Source: a virus
Strand: one strand, 5' to 3'
Length of the DNA: 64,000 nucleotides
Virus record (IMG/VR): IMGVR_UViG_3300008267_007212
In this document: piece by piece, positions 39,749-49,600 of the stretch
How the letters are laid out: each line of letters starts with the position of its first letter
Position numbering within the stretch: position 1 is the first letter of the stretch
Notes under the pieces: model-generated
Database searches by the model: none
What the model was told of the DNA's origin: nothing
Seen by the model: only the letters and a program-made list of their open reading frames with translations
Position numbers and translations under genes: made by a program

Positions 39749-41806
39749 ATGGATGAAAGAACACAACAACTGCTGGAAAAACTTGGTTTAACCGCCAACG
39801 CCACTTCGGGTGCAATGCAGCAGTTAATCTCTGCATTGAGTAAAACTGCATCGGCCAGTAACAATCAAACCAATGCAGCAACATTGACTGCACAATCTTT
39901 GCAGCAAATGCAAAGCAGTGCTCAATCCACTGCTTCTTCTTTTAGAAATTTTTTAAGTATAGGCACTAGTTTTGCAGGGGGGTTAACAACTTTAACATCC
40001 AGCGTATACGGTGCAGACAAAGCTTTTGCCAGTGTTATTCCTACACTAGATTTCATTACCGGTACTTTTACTAAAACTGTTACCGCAGCTGGCACAGCAT
40101 TAAGTGGAGTATCTATTGCAGGATTTAGCTTTGGTAAAGCCAGTGAAGCTGCCGCGCAAGGAGTAGCAAACACATTTGAAGTTTTGTCTGACGTTATTAA
40201 ATTTCAAATTAACAGTGCTCAAAAAGTTTCTGACCAATTTCTTGCATTATCTAAAGTTGGAGCAACTTTTGGTGGCAGCATAGGAACAATGGGTGCTGAT
40301 GCAAAAAAATTACAAATTCCTTTACTTGAATTTGGTAGGATTATAACAACAAATGTGGAAAATTTAACCAAGCTTGGCAAAAGTGTAAGAGATGCAGGTT
40401 TCGAAGTTGCAAATTATGCAGCAGGACTATATGAATCCAGTGATGCTTTAGTTGCTCTATATGGAAACGTCGAAAATATAAGTGCAGGAGTAGCTGACTT
40501 TCTAGCATTACAGGCACAGTTGGGGCGTGTTGACCAGATGCGTGGGGAACAAGGTCGAGCTGATTCTAATAGACAAAGTGCTGCTATCAAAGAATATCTG
40601 ATCAGACAAAAAGAACTAACAGCACTAACTGGACAAAGTGCAGATGCGCTTAAAAAAGCAGAGGAAGAACGAAGAAGAGATTTAGCTTATCAATTAAAAG
40701 TTAGCAGAATGAGCACTACAGCTCAAGCAAATGTCAGTGAAGCATTCGGAATTGCTCAAACTAAATTTGGTGATGAAGCTGCTCAATACTTAAAAGAATA
40801 TATCAGAACACAAGGAAAAGTAACAGATCCTGCAATGATATCATTTGCTGCTGGTAACCAAGAAGTTGCCCAGACCATGCAAATGTTTGCTGAAAATATA
40901 AATTTAGGAAAAGATGAATTCCGACGAACATACGCAGGATTCATAAAAGCAAATGCAGGTGCTTATCGAGGATTTGCTGAAGGCATTGAAGATTTAGCAG
41001 AATTGCCGCCTTCGTTAATGAATAACTTTGTTCAATCTCAAACAAAAATGGGTGCTTCATTGATCAGTAATATGAACTTTTTTGAAAATTTACCGACTAC
41101 TATAGAAAGAATGATAGCTGAAGGCACAGATCTACGAGGAGTGTTAACTGATTCTGCTAGTAAAGCATTCGTGGATGCAGAGAGGAGACGTAGCCAAGTT
41201 CAGCAAGAAATTGATGCATCGGTGTTAGGAAATATGCAAAAACTTGGAAGTACTATGGAATTGTTAAATCAAGCTACATTGTCCATGGTAAGAGCACAAG
41301 ATAGTATTAACCAGTTAGTAAATAGACTTAAAGATATACCAACGGGAAAAGAGTTTAACAAAGCTGTTGGGGATATTGTGGATCAGATCTTTAAAGGAAT
41401 GGGAATACCATTGAAGAAAAACGAGCCTCCTGCACCTGCAAGAGTTCCAGAAGGAGGAGCTACTGAATTGCCCCCGGGAGCGTCATTGCCAGGACCAACT
41501 TTTGCACAAGCTTCTCCTATCACACCCAGTACTCCCTCAGAAATTGCTGATCAAGTACTACTTATGGAACTATTGGCTGACAGTAAATCACAAAAAGCAA
41601 ATCAAGAATCATCAGCTGAATCTCGTAATTTAGCAGCCGACATTACCAGATTACAAACACAAATTGCATCATTGGTTACTGCAAATAATAACAACGAACA
41701 AGTAGTAGCAGCACTAACTGATCAGAATGGATTAATGTCAACATTAAATGACAAAATGAGTGAAATGATAGATTCTAATAGAAGCATATTCAATGCATTG
41801 GCTTAA
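39749..41806 (+). CDS. Tape-measure-like protein (gp29 analogue)
   Basis: 685-aa Ala/Gln-rich helical composition; divergent from the gp26-like gene, upstream of the portal. Confidence 0.55.
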   Translation: MDERTQQLLEKLGLTANATSGAMQQLISALSKTASASNNQTNAATLTAQSLQQMQSSAQSTASSFRNFLSIGTSFAGGLTTLTSSVYGADKAFASVIPTLDFITGTFTKTVTAAGTALSGVSIAGFSFGKASEAAAQGVANTFEVLSDVIKFQINSAQKVSDQFLALSKVGATFGGSIGTMGADAKKLQIPLLEFGRIITTNVENLTKLGKSVRDAGFEVANYAAGLYESSDALVALYGNVENISAGVADFLALQAQLGRVDQMRGEQGRADSNRQSAAIKEYLIRQKELTALTGQSADALKKAEEERRRDLAYQLKVSRMSTTAQANVSEAFGIAQTKFGDEAAQYLKEYIRTQGKVTDPAMISFAAGNQEVAQTMQMFAENINLGKDEFRRTYAGFIKANAGAYRGFAEGIEDLAELPPSLMNNFVQSQTKMGASLISNMNFFENLPTTIERMIAEGTDLRGVLTDSASKAFVDAERRRSQVQQEIDASVLGNMQKLGSTMELLNQATLSMVRAQDSINQLVNRLKDIPTGKEFNKAVGDIVDQIFKGMGIPLKKNEPPAPARVPEGGATELPPGASLPGPTFAQASPITPSTPSEIADQVLLMELLADSKSQKANQESSAESRNLAADITRLQTQIASLVTANNNNEQVVAALTDQNGLMSTLNDKMSEMIDSNRSIFNALA

Positions 41807-41841
41807 TTTTTAGGTAAATATCTGACTGGAGAAAAGTTTTA

Positions 41842-43551
41842 ATGTCTTGGAAAAAGTATTTTAGGGTAGCAAATGTAGCTGGAGCAGTAAGTCCTATTAA
41901 TGGCTCTCAGGCTCAAAATATGACCTATAGAAATTATCAAAGCAACTTGCCTGAAGTTTATATAGGTCATCCCAATAGAATTGAACGTTATAACCAGTAC
42001 GAACAAATGGATATGGACAGTGAAGTCAATGCCGCACTGGACATTTTGGCTGAATTTAGTACTCAAAGCAATGAAGAAAACGGCACAGCTTTTAAATTTT
42101 ATTGGAAAGAGCAGCCCACAGACAACGAAGTTAAGATTATTCGTGAGCAGTTAACACAATGGGTTAGCTTAAATGAGCTTAACAAAAGAATATTTAAAAT
42201 GTTTCGAAATACTATCAAGTATGGTGATCAAGTGTTTATTCGTGATCCAGAAACATTTAAACTATTTTGGGTAGAAGTCAGCAAAGTTGTCAAAGTCATT
42301 GTAAACGAAGCAGAAGGTAAAAAGCCTGAACAGTATATTCTCAAAGATATTGCTCCAAATTTTGAAAATTTAACAGCTACAACCATCAATACCAGTGACG
42401 TTAATGTTAATCATCCACAAGTAGGCGGCGGCAGTGGTGCATATATTCAACCAAAAAATCCAATTGGTGGCGGGTCAAGATTCAGTCATGCTCAAAACGA
42501 AGCAGCAGTAAATTCTGAACACATAGTACATTTAACACTGACAGAAGGGCTGGATTTCAGCTGGCCTTTTGGTAACAGCGTGTTAGAAAATGTGTTCAAA
42601 GTATTCAAACAAAAAGAATTACTGGAAGATGCTATCATTATCTATCGCGTACAAAGAGCACCAGAACGTAGGATTTTTTACATTGACGTAGGTAACATGC
42701 CCAGTCACATGGCCATGGCCTTTGTTGAACGAGTTAAAAACGAAGTGCATCAACGCCGTATACCTACACAAACAGGTGGCGGTCAGAACATGATGGATGC
42801 CACATATAATCCATTAAGCACTAACGAAGATTATTTTTTCCCACAAACAGCAGAAGGCCGAGGCAGCAAAGTTGATACACTGCCAGGCGGTAGTAATTTA
42901 GGGGAAATTACAGACCTGCATTTCTTTACCAATAAACTATTCCGCGGACTAAGAATCCCCAGCAGCTATTTGCCAACGGGGCTAGATGACGGAACCAGTA
43001 ATCCAAACTCTTTTAGTGACGGTAGAGTAGGAACTGCACTAATTCAAGAATGGCGATTTAATCAATATTGTATGCGTTTACAGCGTATGATCTGTGAAAA
43101 ATTAGATCAAGAGTTCAAATTATTTCTTCGTTGGAGGGGCATTAATATTGACAGTAATTTGTTTGAATTACAGTTCAATGAACCGCAAAACTTTGCCAGC
43201 TATCGTCAAGCTGAAGTAGATCAGGCTAGAATCGGATCGTTTACTCAATTAGAAGCTTTTCCATATTTGAGCAAACGCTTCTTATTAACACGATATCTTG
43301 GATTAACAGAAGAAGAAATAGCCGACAACGAACGTATGTGGGCCGAAGAGCAAGGGGACGTAGACAAAGCACCGCCAGGCGAAGCAGGACTACGTAGTAT
43401 TGGCATTAGTCCAGGCGGATTAGATGCTGATTTAGAAGCAGCAGCTCCACCAGCAGAAGGCGAAGCAGGTGCTGCACCACCTGCAGAAGTAGGAGCGCCA
43501 GCACCTGGAGCAGCAGCGGCAGCAGCACCAGCACCCACTGGAACCCTATGA
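41842..43551 (+). CDS. gp20: Portal protein, T4 gp20-like
   Basis: LLEDAIIIYRVQRAPERRIFYIDVGNMP, EDYFFP..EGRGSKVDTLPGG.NLGEI.D, LRIPSS. Confidence 0.95.
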   Translation: MSWKKYFRVANVAGAVSPINGSQAQNMTYRNYQSNLPEVYIGHPNRIERYNQYEQMDMDSEVNAALDILAEFSTQSNEENGTAFKFYWKEQPTDNEVKIIREQLTQWVSLNELNKRIFKMFRNTIKYGDQVFIRDPETFKLFWVEVSKVVKVIVNEAEGKKPEQYILKDIAPNFENLTATTINTSDVNVNHPQVGGGSGAYIQPKNPIGGGSRFSHAQNEAAVNSEHIVHLTLTEGLDFSWPFGNSVLENVFKVFKQKELLEDAIIIYRVQRAPERRIFYIDVGNMPSHMAMAFVERVKNEVHQRRIPTQTGGGQNMMDATYNPLSTNEDYFFPQTAEGRGSKVDTLPGGSNLGEITDLHFFTNKLFRGLRIPSSYLPTGLDDGTSNPNSFSDGRVGTALIQEWRFNQYCMRLQRMICEKLDQEFKLFLRWRGINIDSNLFELQFNEPQNFASYRQAEVDQARIGSFTQLEAFPYLSKRFLLTRYLGLTEEEIADNERMWAEEQGDVDKAPPGEAGLRSIGISPGGLDADLEAAAPPAEGEAGAAPPAEVGAPAPGAAAAAAPAPTGTL

Positions 43552-43575
43552 TTTTAATAAATTGGTAAATACCTG

Positions 43576-43800
43576 ATGCAGCTCTTAGAACTTTATAATG
43601 AGATTCCGGACGGTTATCGTAGTGAAAAAGACGATAATAGTGTCATTAAAATTGATGACACTAGAAAAACACGATTAACTTTGGACCGATTGAATAAACT
43701 TCGCATTATGAACGACACTAGAAAATTAGAGCATGAAAAGAAACTGGAAAAAGTTTCCACTCAGTATAAATCAGCAGTTGAAGCCAGTGCTGGGCTTTAA
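43576..43800 (+). CDS. Small head-module protein
   Basis: 74 aa between portal and core genes, with its own TAAATA late promoter. Confidence 0.6.
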   Translation: MQLLELYNEIPDGYRSEKDDNSVIKIDDTRKTRLTLDRLNKLRIMNDTRKLEHEKKLEKVSTQYKSAVEASAGL

Positions 43801-43907
43801 TTATTTTTTAAAAACATTCAAAAAACGCCCATTTAACCCATTAAATGCTCATATTCTGTAAATAACTATACAGAATTCACAAACATATTTTTAAAAGGAA
43901 CACAAAT

Positions 43908-44897
43908 ATGTCAAAATATGAGCAACTAATTGAATACATTATTAACGAGCAAGAAGATAAAGCTCGCGAACTTTTCCACCAAATTGTGGTTGAAAAATCG
44001 CGTGATATCTACGAGTCGTTAATCGACGAGCAGGATCTTGAAGAAGTCGGTGGAAATGAAGTCGAATCTATGGTAGACGAAATCACTGGTGACGAAGAAG
44101 GAATGCAAGAAGCCGAAGACGACATGGGCGATGACGAAGAAGACATGGGCGGTGACGATGACATGGGAGATGACGAAGAAGACATGGACATGGACATGGA
44201 CGCTGGCGATGACATGGACGCTGGCGATGACATGGGTATGGACGGCGGTGACGACATGGAAAATCGTGTCATGGACCTTGAAGATGCGTTAGATGAACTT
44301 AAAGCAGAATTTGATGCTTTAATGGGTGGCGGTGACGACATGGGCATGGACGACGGTATGGGCATGGGTGACGATGAAGGCGACGAAGATATGGGTGAAA
44401 ATCTTATTGTAGTCCCTACAGGTAAACCAACTCCTGAAGGCATGGGAGAATATGAAGAATCAGTCTATGAAGCTAAAAAAGATAAAAAAGAAGAAATGCT
44501 TAAAGACAAAGATAAAAAAGCCAAAAAGATGACTGAAGCTGAATGGATCCGCGAATACGTGGAAAAAATCGGTGAGCCATTCCCAGGAAAAAATACAGAA
44601 ACAGGTGAAGTTGGTGCAGGTGGCACAGCCAGTTTGAACACTAAATCTATTGTTGCTGGTAAAAACGATATGGGTGGCACTGCTTCTAATATCGCTAAAG
44701 GTGGCGCAGAGTCTGATCCAAGCGGAACACCAAATAAAAAGCCCAGCGGTCTTTTAAAAGGCGGTTCTGACTTAATTGGTAAAGTACAAAACAGTCCAGG
44801 TGCTAATGCTGGTAAAACAGCTTATAAGAGTAAAGCTCCTGCTGCATCTAAGGCAGAAGCAGGTGGAACTAACGACAAAAGTCCGTTAGCTAAGTAA
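43908..44897 (+). CDS. Acidic prohead core/internal protein
   Basis: Good SD (AAGGAA); D/E/M/G low-complexity repeats; occupies the gp67/gp68 position upstream of the protease. Confidence 0.6.
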   Translation: MSKYEQLIEYIINEQEDKARELFHQIVVEKSRDIYESLIDEQDLEEVGGNEVESMVDEITGDEEGMQEAEDDMGDDEEDMGGDDDMGDDEEDMDMDMDAGDDMDAGDDMGMDGGDDMENRVMDLEDALDELKAEFDALMGGGDDMGMDDGMGMGDDEGDEDMGENLIVVPTGKPTPEGMGEYEESVYEAKKDKKEEMLKDKDKKAKKMTEAEWIREYVEKIGEPFPGKNTETGEVGAGGTASLNTKSIVAGKNDMGGTASNIAKGGAESDPSGTPNKKPSGLLKGGSDLIGKVQNSPGANAGKTAYKSKAPAASKAEAGGTNDKSPLAK

Positions 44898-44907
44898 GGC
44901 AAATATT

Positions 44908-45546
44908 GTGCGCGGATTAATAAGAGAACACTTATCGTTTGACAATGCTAGAATGGAAGTTCTAGCAGAAGCTAGTGCTGATGGCCAAGGTAAGAATCTC
45001 TACATGAAAGGTATATTCGTTCAAGGCGGTGTTAAAAACGCTAATCAACGAGTATACCCTGTACAAGAAATATCGCAAGCAGTAGATTCTGTCAATAAAC
45101 AACTTAAGGAAGGTTATAGCGTTTTAGGCGAACTAGACCATCCTGATGATTTAAAAATTAACTTAGACCGTGTGTGCCATATGATCACAGAAATGTGGAT
45201 GGATGGTCCAAATGGTTTTGGTAAATTAAAGATTCTTCCAACTCCAATGGGTAAACTGGTGGAAGCCATGTTAACCTCAGGGGTGAAGTTAGGAGTGTCC
45301 AGCAGAGGTAGCGGCAACGTTAACGAAAGCTCGGGCCATGTTAGTGACTTTGAAATAGTCACAGTTGATATAGTTGCACAACCTAGTGCTCCTAATGCAT
45401 ATCCAAAAGCTGTTTACGAAGGGCTTATGAATATGCGCCATGGACACAAAGTTCTCGAAATGGCAAAAGATGCCGGTGCAAATCAAAAAGTCCAGAAGTA
45501 TTTTCAAGAGGAAGTAAAACGCCTCATAAAAGACTTAAAAATATAA
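44908..45546 (+). CDS. gp21: Prohead core protease, T4 gp21-like
   Basis: LYMKGIF.Q..VKNANQRVYP, LGELDHP, LGVSSRGSG, DIVAQPSAP.A. Confidence 0.95.
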   Translation: MRGLIREHLSFDNARMEVLAEASADGQGKNLYMKGIFVQGGVKNANQRVYPVQEISQAVDSVNKQLKEGYSVLGELDHPDDLKINLDRVCHMITEMWMDGPNGFGKLKILPTPMGKLVEAMLTSGVKLGVSSRGSGNVNESSGHVSDFEIVTVDIVAQPSAPNAYPKAVYEGLMNMRHGHKVLEMAKDAGANQKVQKYFQEEVKRLIKDLKI

Positions 45547-45560
45547 AAGGAAAATGATCC

Positions 45561-46661
45561 ATGTTTGATGCTATCAAGCCATTAATCGACAGTGGTATCA
45601 TTAACGAAGACACCAAGCAAGCTATCAGCGAAGCTTGGGAAACTAAGTTAAATGAAGCACGTGAACAACTTCGCGCAGAAATTCGTGAAGAGTTTGCCAA
45701 CCGCTATGAACACGACAAAGGTGTAATGGTCGAAGCTCTAGACAAAATGGTCACAGAAAGTCTACAGTCAGAAATTCGAGAGTTTGCAGAAGAAAAAGAG
45801 CAACTAGCTGCTGATCGTGTACGTTTCAACAAACGTATGCAAGAAAGTGCTGGAAAATTTGATCAATTCCTAGTTGGAAAACTAGCAGAAGAAATCAAAG
45901 AATTGCGTAGTGATCGCAAAGTTCAAAAAGAAAGCGTAAGCCGTCTAGAGAAATTTGTTATCCGTGCTCTTGCTGAAGAAATTCAAGAATTTGCTAAAGA
46001 TAAACAAGATGTAGTTGAAACAAAAGTTAAATTAGTTCGTGAAGCAAAAACCAAGCTTGACCAATTACAGAAATCTTTTGTTACAAAATCTGCTGCTCTT
46101 GTAAAAGAATCTGTGGCTAACAAGCTAGAGTCAGAATTGACTCAACTAAAAGAAGACATCCAAACTGCTCGCGAGAACAATTTTGGTCGTCGACTATTCG
46201 AAGCTTTTGCCAGCGAATTTGCGATTACTCATTTAAATGAGAATCAACAAATCGCTAAACTATCAAAAGCATTAGAACAAAAAGAAGCAATGATTGCAGA
46301 AGCTAAAAAGTCTGCTGCTGAAAAATCTGCTTTAGTTGAATCAAAAGACCGTGAAATCCGTATCATTAAAGAATCTCAAGAACGTCAACAAGTAATGAGT
46401 GACTTAATGAAACCATTGAATAAAGAGAAGCAGGCTGTAATGAGCCAACTTCTTGAAACAGTGCAGACTAACAAATTGCAATCTGCATATGAAAAGTATC
46501 TACCCGCAGTTCTAAATAATTCTGTTGCACCAAAAGCTGAAAAAGCTCAAGTGTTAGCTGAATCCAGAGTAGAAGTGACAGGAGATAAATCTGCTAAGGT
46601 CGCCGTTGAATTTGATCATAATAATGTGATCGAAATTAAACGTTTAGCAGGGCTTAAGTAA
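45561..46661 (+). CDS. gp22: Prohead scaffolding protein, T4 gp22-like
   Basis: Glu/Lys-rich coiled coil between the protease and major capsid genes. Confidence 0.8.
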   Translation: MFDAIKPLIDSGIINEDTKQAISEAWETKLNEAREQLRAEIREEFANRYEHDKGVMVEALDKMVTESLQSEIREFAEEKEQLAADRVRFNKRMQESAGKFDQFLVGKLAEEIKELRSDRKVQKESVSRLEKFVIRALAEEIQEFAKDKQDVVETKVKLVREAKTKLDQLQKSFVTKSAALVKESVANKLESELTQLKEDIQTARENNFGRRLFEAFASEFAITHLNENQQIAKLSKALEQKEAMIAEAKKSAAEKSALVESKDREIRIIKESQERQQVMSDLMKPLNKEKQAVMSQLLETVQTNKLQSAYEKYLPAVLNNSVAPKAEKAQVLAESRVEVTGDKSAKVAVEFDHNNVIEIKRLAGLK

Positions 46662-46684
46662 ACCCTAATAAGGAAAGAAAAAAA

Positions 46685-47869
46685 ATGACACAAGCACTAT
46701 TAGAAGGCCGTTGGGGCGAAACAAAAGACGCCCTGCTAGAAGGTCTTAACGGTTCACGTAGAACCACTATGGGCGTTATCTTAGAAAACACCCGTAAGCA
46801 CTTAGCTGAAGCTGCAACAGCTGGAGCAACAAGCGCAGGTAACGTAGCTACACTTAACCGTGTTATTCTACCAGTTATTCGTCGTGTAATGCCTACAGTT
46901 ATTGCTAACGAAATCGTTGGTGTTCAACCAATGACTGGACCTGTTGCACAGATCCACACATTACGTGTTCGTTATGCTGAAACAACCAATGTAACTGCAC
47001 CAAGTCCATTTGACACAGGTACAACAGCAGGTGATGAAGCACTAAGTCCATTCAAGATTGCTACAGCATATTCTGGTTCTTTGACAACCGGTCGTGCTAC
47101 TAGCACATCTTCGTTAGAAGGTCAACCAGGCCGTAAGATCAACGTACAGATCTTAAAACAAGTTGTTGAAGCCAAAACTCGTAAGTTAAGCGCTCGCTGG
47201 ACATTCGAGGCTGCACAAGATGCACAATCTATGCATGGCCTAGACATTGAAGCAGAAATCATGGCTGCTCTAGCACAAGAAATTACAGTTGAGATCGACC
47301 AAGAAGTTCTTGGTTCTCTACGTGCTCTTTCTGCTACAGACTTCGCTTATGACCAAGCTGCTGTTTCTGGTACTGCTACATTCGTTGGTGACGAACACGC
47401 TGCTTTGGCTGTTCTTATCAATCGTGCAGCTAACTTGATCGCTCAGCGTACACGTCGTGGTGCTGGTAATTGGGCTGTTGTAAGTCCAGCTGCATTGACT
47501 GTTCTACAGTCTGCAACAACCAGTGCTTTCGCTCGTACAACAGAAGGTACATTTGAAGCTCCAACAAATACAAAGTTTGTTGGTACACTAAACGGAGCAA
47601 TGCGTATTTACGTAGACAGCTATGCTAGCGATAGCACAGCCGTTCTAGTTGGATACAAAGGTTCTTCAGAGGCTGATGCCGCAGCATTCTACTGCCCATA
47701 CATTCCTCTAATGAGCTCTGGCGTTGTTCTAGATCCAACAACATTCGAACCAGTCGTAGGCTTTATGACTCGTTACGGATATGTTGAGTTAACAAACACA
47801 GCATCGTCTCTAGGCAATGCTGGTGATTACCTAAGCGAAATTAGCGTAGCTAACCTATCGTTTCAGTAA
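46685..47869 (+). CDS. gp23: Major capsid protein, T4 gp23-like
   Basis: GVQPMTGP, VEAKTRKL.ARWT.EAAQD, EI..EIDQE, FYCPYIPL, FMTRYG. Confidence 0.96.
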   Translation: MTQALLEGRWGETKDALLEGLNGSRRTTMGVILENTRKHLAEAATAGATSAGNVATLNRVILPVIRRVMPTVIANEIVGVQPMTGPVAQIHTLRVRYAETTNVTAPSPFDTGTTAGDEALSPFKIATAYSGSLTTGRATSTSSLEGQPGRKINVQILKQVVEAKTRKLSARWTFEAAQDAQSMHGLDIEAEIMAALAQEITVEIDQEVLGSLRALSATDFAYDQAAVSGTATFVGDEHAALAVLINRAANLIAQRTRRGAGNWAVVSPAALTVLQSATTSAFARTTEGTFEAPTNTKFVGTLNGAMRIYVDSYASDSTAVLVGYKGSSEADAAAFYCPYIPLMSSGVVLDPTTFEPVVGFMTRYGYVELTNTASSLGNAGDYLSEISVANLSFQ

Positions 47870-47902
47870 TCAAGAGTTTACTTACCACTCGGGATGGGAA
47901 GT

Positions 47903-47930
47903 CAAAAAAGGGCCGCAAGGTCCTTTTTTG
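47903..47930 (+). terminator. Intrinsic (bidirectional-type) terminator after the major capsid gene
   Basis: CAAAAAAGGGCC-GCAA-GGTCCTTTTTTG. Confidence 0.85.
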
Positions 47931-47966
47931 TTGAGTATACGATAAATATAATTATAAAATAAAAAT

Positions 47967-48021
47967 GCTGATCGCGATACTGGTAATATCCATCAGCTCT
48001 ATAACTAGTAAGGAGTTACAG
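47967..48021 (+). promoter_or_regulatory. Two-hairpin leader of the HNH gene; the second hairpin partly sequesters the SD
   Basis: GCTGAT/ATCAGC plus GATA/TATC stem; TAACT/AGTTA stem around AAGGAG (48010-48015). Confidence 0.6.
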
Positions 48022-48023
48022 CA

Positions 48024-48671
48024 ATGTTATTTATTGATAACAAATACTATAACTGGTATTGTAAAATTATCTCTAATGCAAGACTTCGTAGTCTATCGAC
48101 AGTAAAATACACTGAACGACATCACATAATACCTAGAAGTTTTGGCGGTAATAATAAAAAAGAAAATATTGTTAAATTAACTGCCAGGGAGCATTTTATA
48201 TGTCATTGGCTTTTAATCAAATGCACCACTGGTGATCTTAGAAATAAAATGATACAAGCATTGCATATAATGCAATGCAAAAATTCCATTCAATCTCGGT
48301 ATTCTTCTAAAATTACATCAAAAGTATATTCTTTAATTAGGGAAGAATATGCTAACATAGTTAGTAAAAATATGAAAGGGAAGACAGGCAGATTACCATG
48401 GAATAAAGGCAAACAAATTGGTCCTCACTCGGCTGAATCTAATAGATTAAAATCAGAAGCACTTAAAAATAAATTTACTGGAAGTAAGAATCCAGCAGCT
48501 AAAACATATATATTCGAAGATCCATACGGAAAAGAGTATATTGTTACCGGAAGATTTAAATATTTTTGTTTAGAGCATCAGTTGAGTTTCGATACTATGC
48601 GTAGAGCATTGAATAACAAAAAGAAAACATATCACGGCTGGTTAGTCAAATATTTCAATTCTGATAAATAA
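48024..48671 (+). mobile_element. Free-standing HNH homing endonuclease with NUMOD-like DNA-binding region
   Basis: ERHHIIPRSFGG.N...NIVKLTAREHFICHWLL; PWNKGK..HSAES; GSKNP. Confidence 0.88.
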
Positions 48672-48746
48672 ATGTAGTTTTTAAAAACTTCCTAGGAGTT
48701 GCCACTTCGAGGTAGCTTAGAACGCTAACATAAAGGAATAAATGAA

Positions 48747-49496
48747 ATGGCAAAATTAAAAATACAACACACAAGAACAGGAGCAGCAGGTTATGAAGCT
48801 GGTGCTAGCATCGTTACAGACAGTTATGTAAGTCCAACTCAGATCAATGGAACCAATATTGGTGGTACCGGCGGTGACTTAGATCAAACAGTACCAACTA
48901 TCCGTTGCAGTTTCTTAAGAGACACCGGCGGCGCAGTTGATACAGGTTATATTATCTTCCAAAAAGGAATGCGTAAGTTTGAAGTTAATAACTCTTCAGA
49001 AGCAAATACAACTGTTGCTTCGTTGGTAAATGCTATTGCAAGTGAATTGACCACTGCAAACACAATGACTATATTGGCAAATGTGGCAACTGTACTTGGT
49101 GCTAACACTGCTAATATTGGAACAGGTGGTGGTGGATATACTGATAATAGAGCATATGCTTATGTAACATGGACAGCAGCTAACGTATCTGGTTATACTA
49201 CCCCGAGCACAGAACATCAACTTTCTGGTACAGGATTAACTGGAAATGTCACTATTGTTGCTGTAAACAGTGCAACTAACGTCACTGTTAGCTGTGCAAC
49301 ACAGACAGTAAGTGCAGCTCAAGGCACAGTAACAGAACAATTCAACGTTTCAAGAATCAGCAATAAATTTGTTTGGGAATGGGACAATACAAAATGGCGT
49401 TACTACTTAGGTACTCCATATTCTGATGGTGTAACAGTATTAGGTTCTCAACCTGCATGGCAAGCAGTGACGCTTGTTCGCGTAGACAATGCTTGA
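48747..49496 (+). CDS. Virion structural protein (possible head decoration)
   Basis: Strong SD, own late promoter and terminator, codon usage similar to the capsid gene. Confidence 0.55.
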   Translation: MAKLKIQHTRTGAAGYEAGASIVTDSYVSPTQINGTNIGGTGGDLDQTVPTIRCSFLRDTGGAVDTGYIIFQKGMRKFEVNNSSEANTTVASLVNAIASELTTANTMTILANVATVLGANTANIGTGGGGYTDNRAYAYVTWTAANVSGYTTPSTEHQLSGTGLTGNVTIVAVNSATNVTVSCATQTVSAAQGTVTEQFNVSRISNKFVWEWDNTKWRYYLGTPYSDGVTVLGSQPAWQAVTLVRVDNA

Positions 49497-49513
49497 TTAA
49501 TTTAAGTTAATCC

Positions 49514-49546
49514 AAAAATAGGCTGTTTATCAGCCTATTTTTTTTT
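49514..49546 (+). terminator. Intrinsic terminator
   Basis: AAAAATAGGCTG-TTTAT-CAGCCTATTTTT followed by a T-run. Confidence 0.85.
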
Positions 49547-49600
49547 CTTTGAAAAAGAGTTAATTGTTATTTTGAATAAATACTCTAAACGAGAGTCTCT

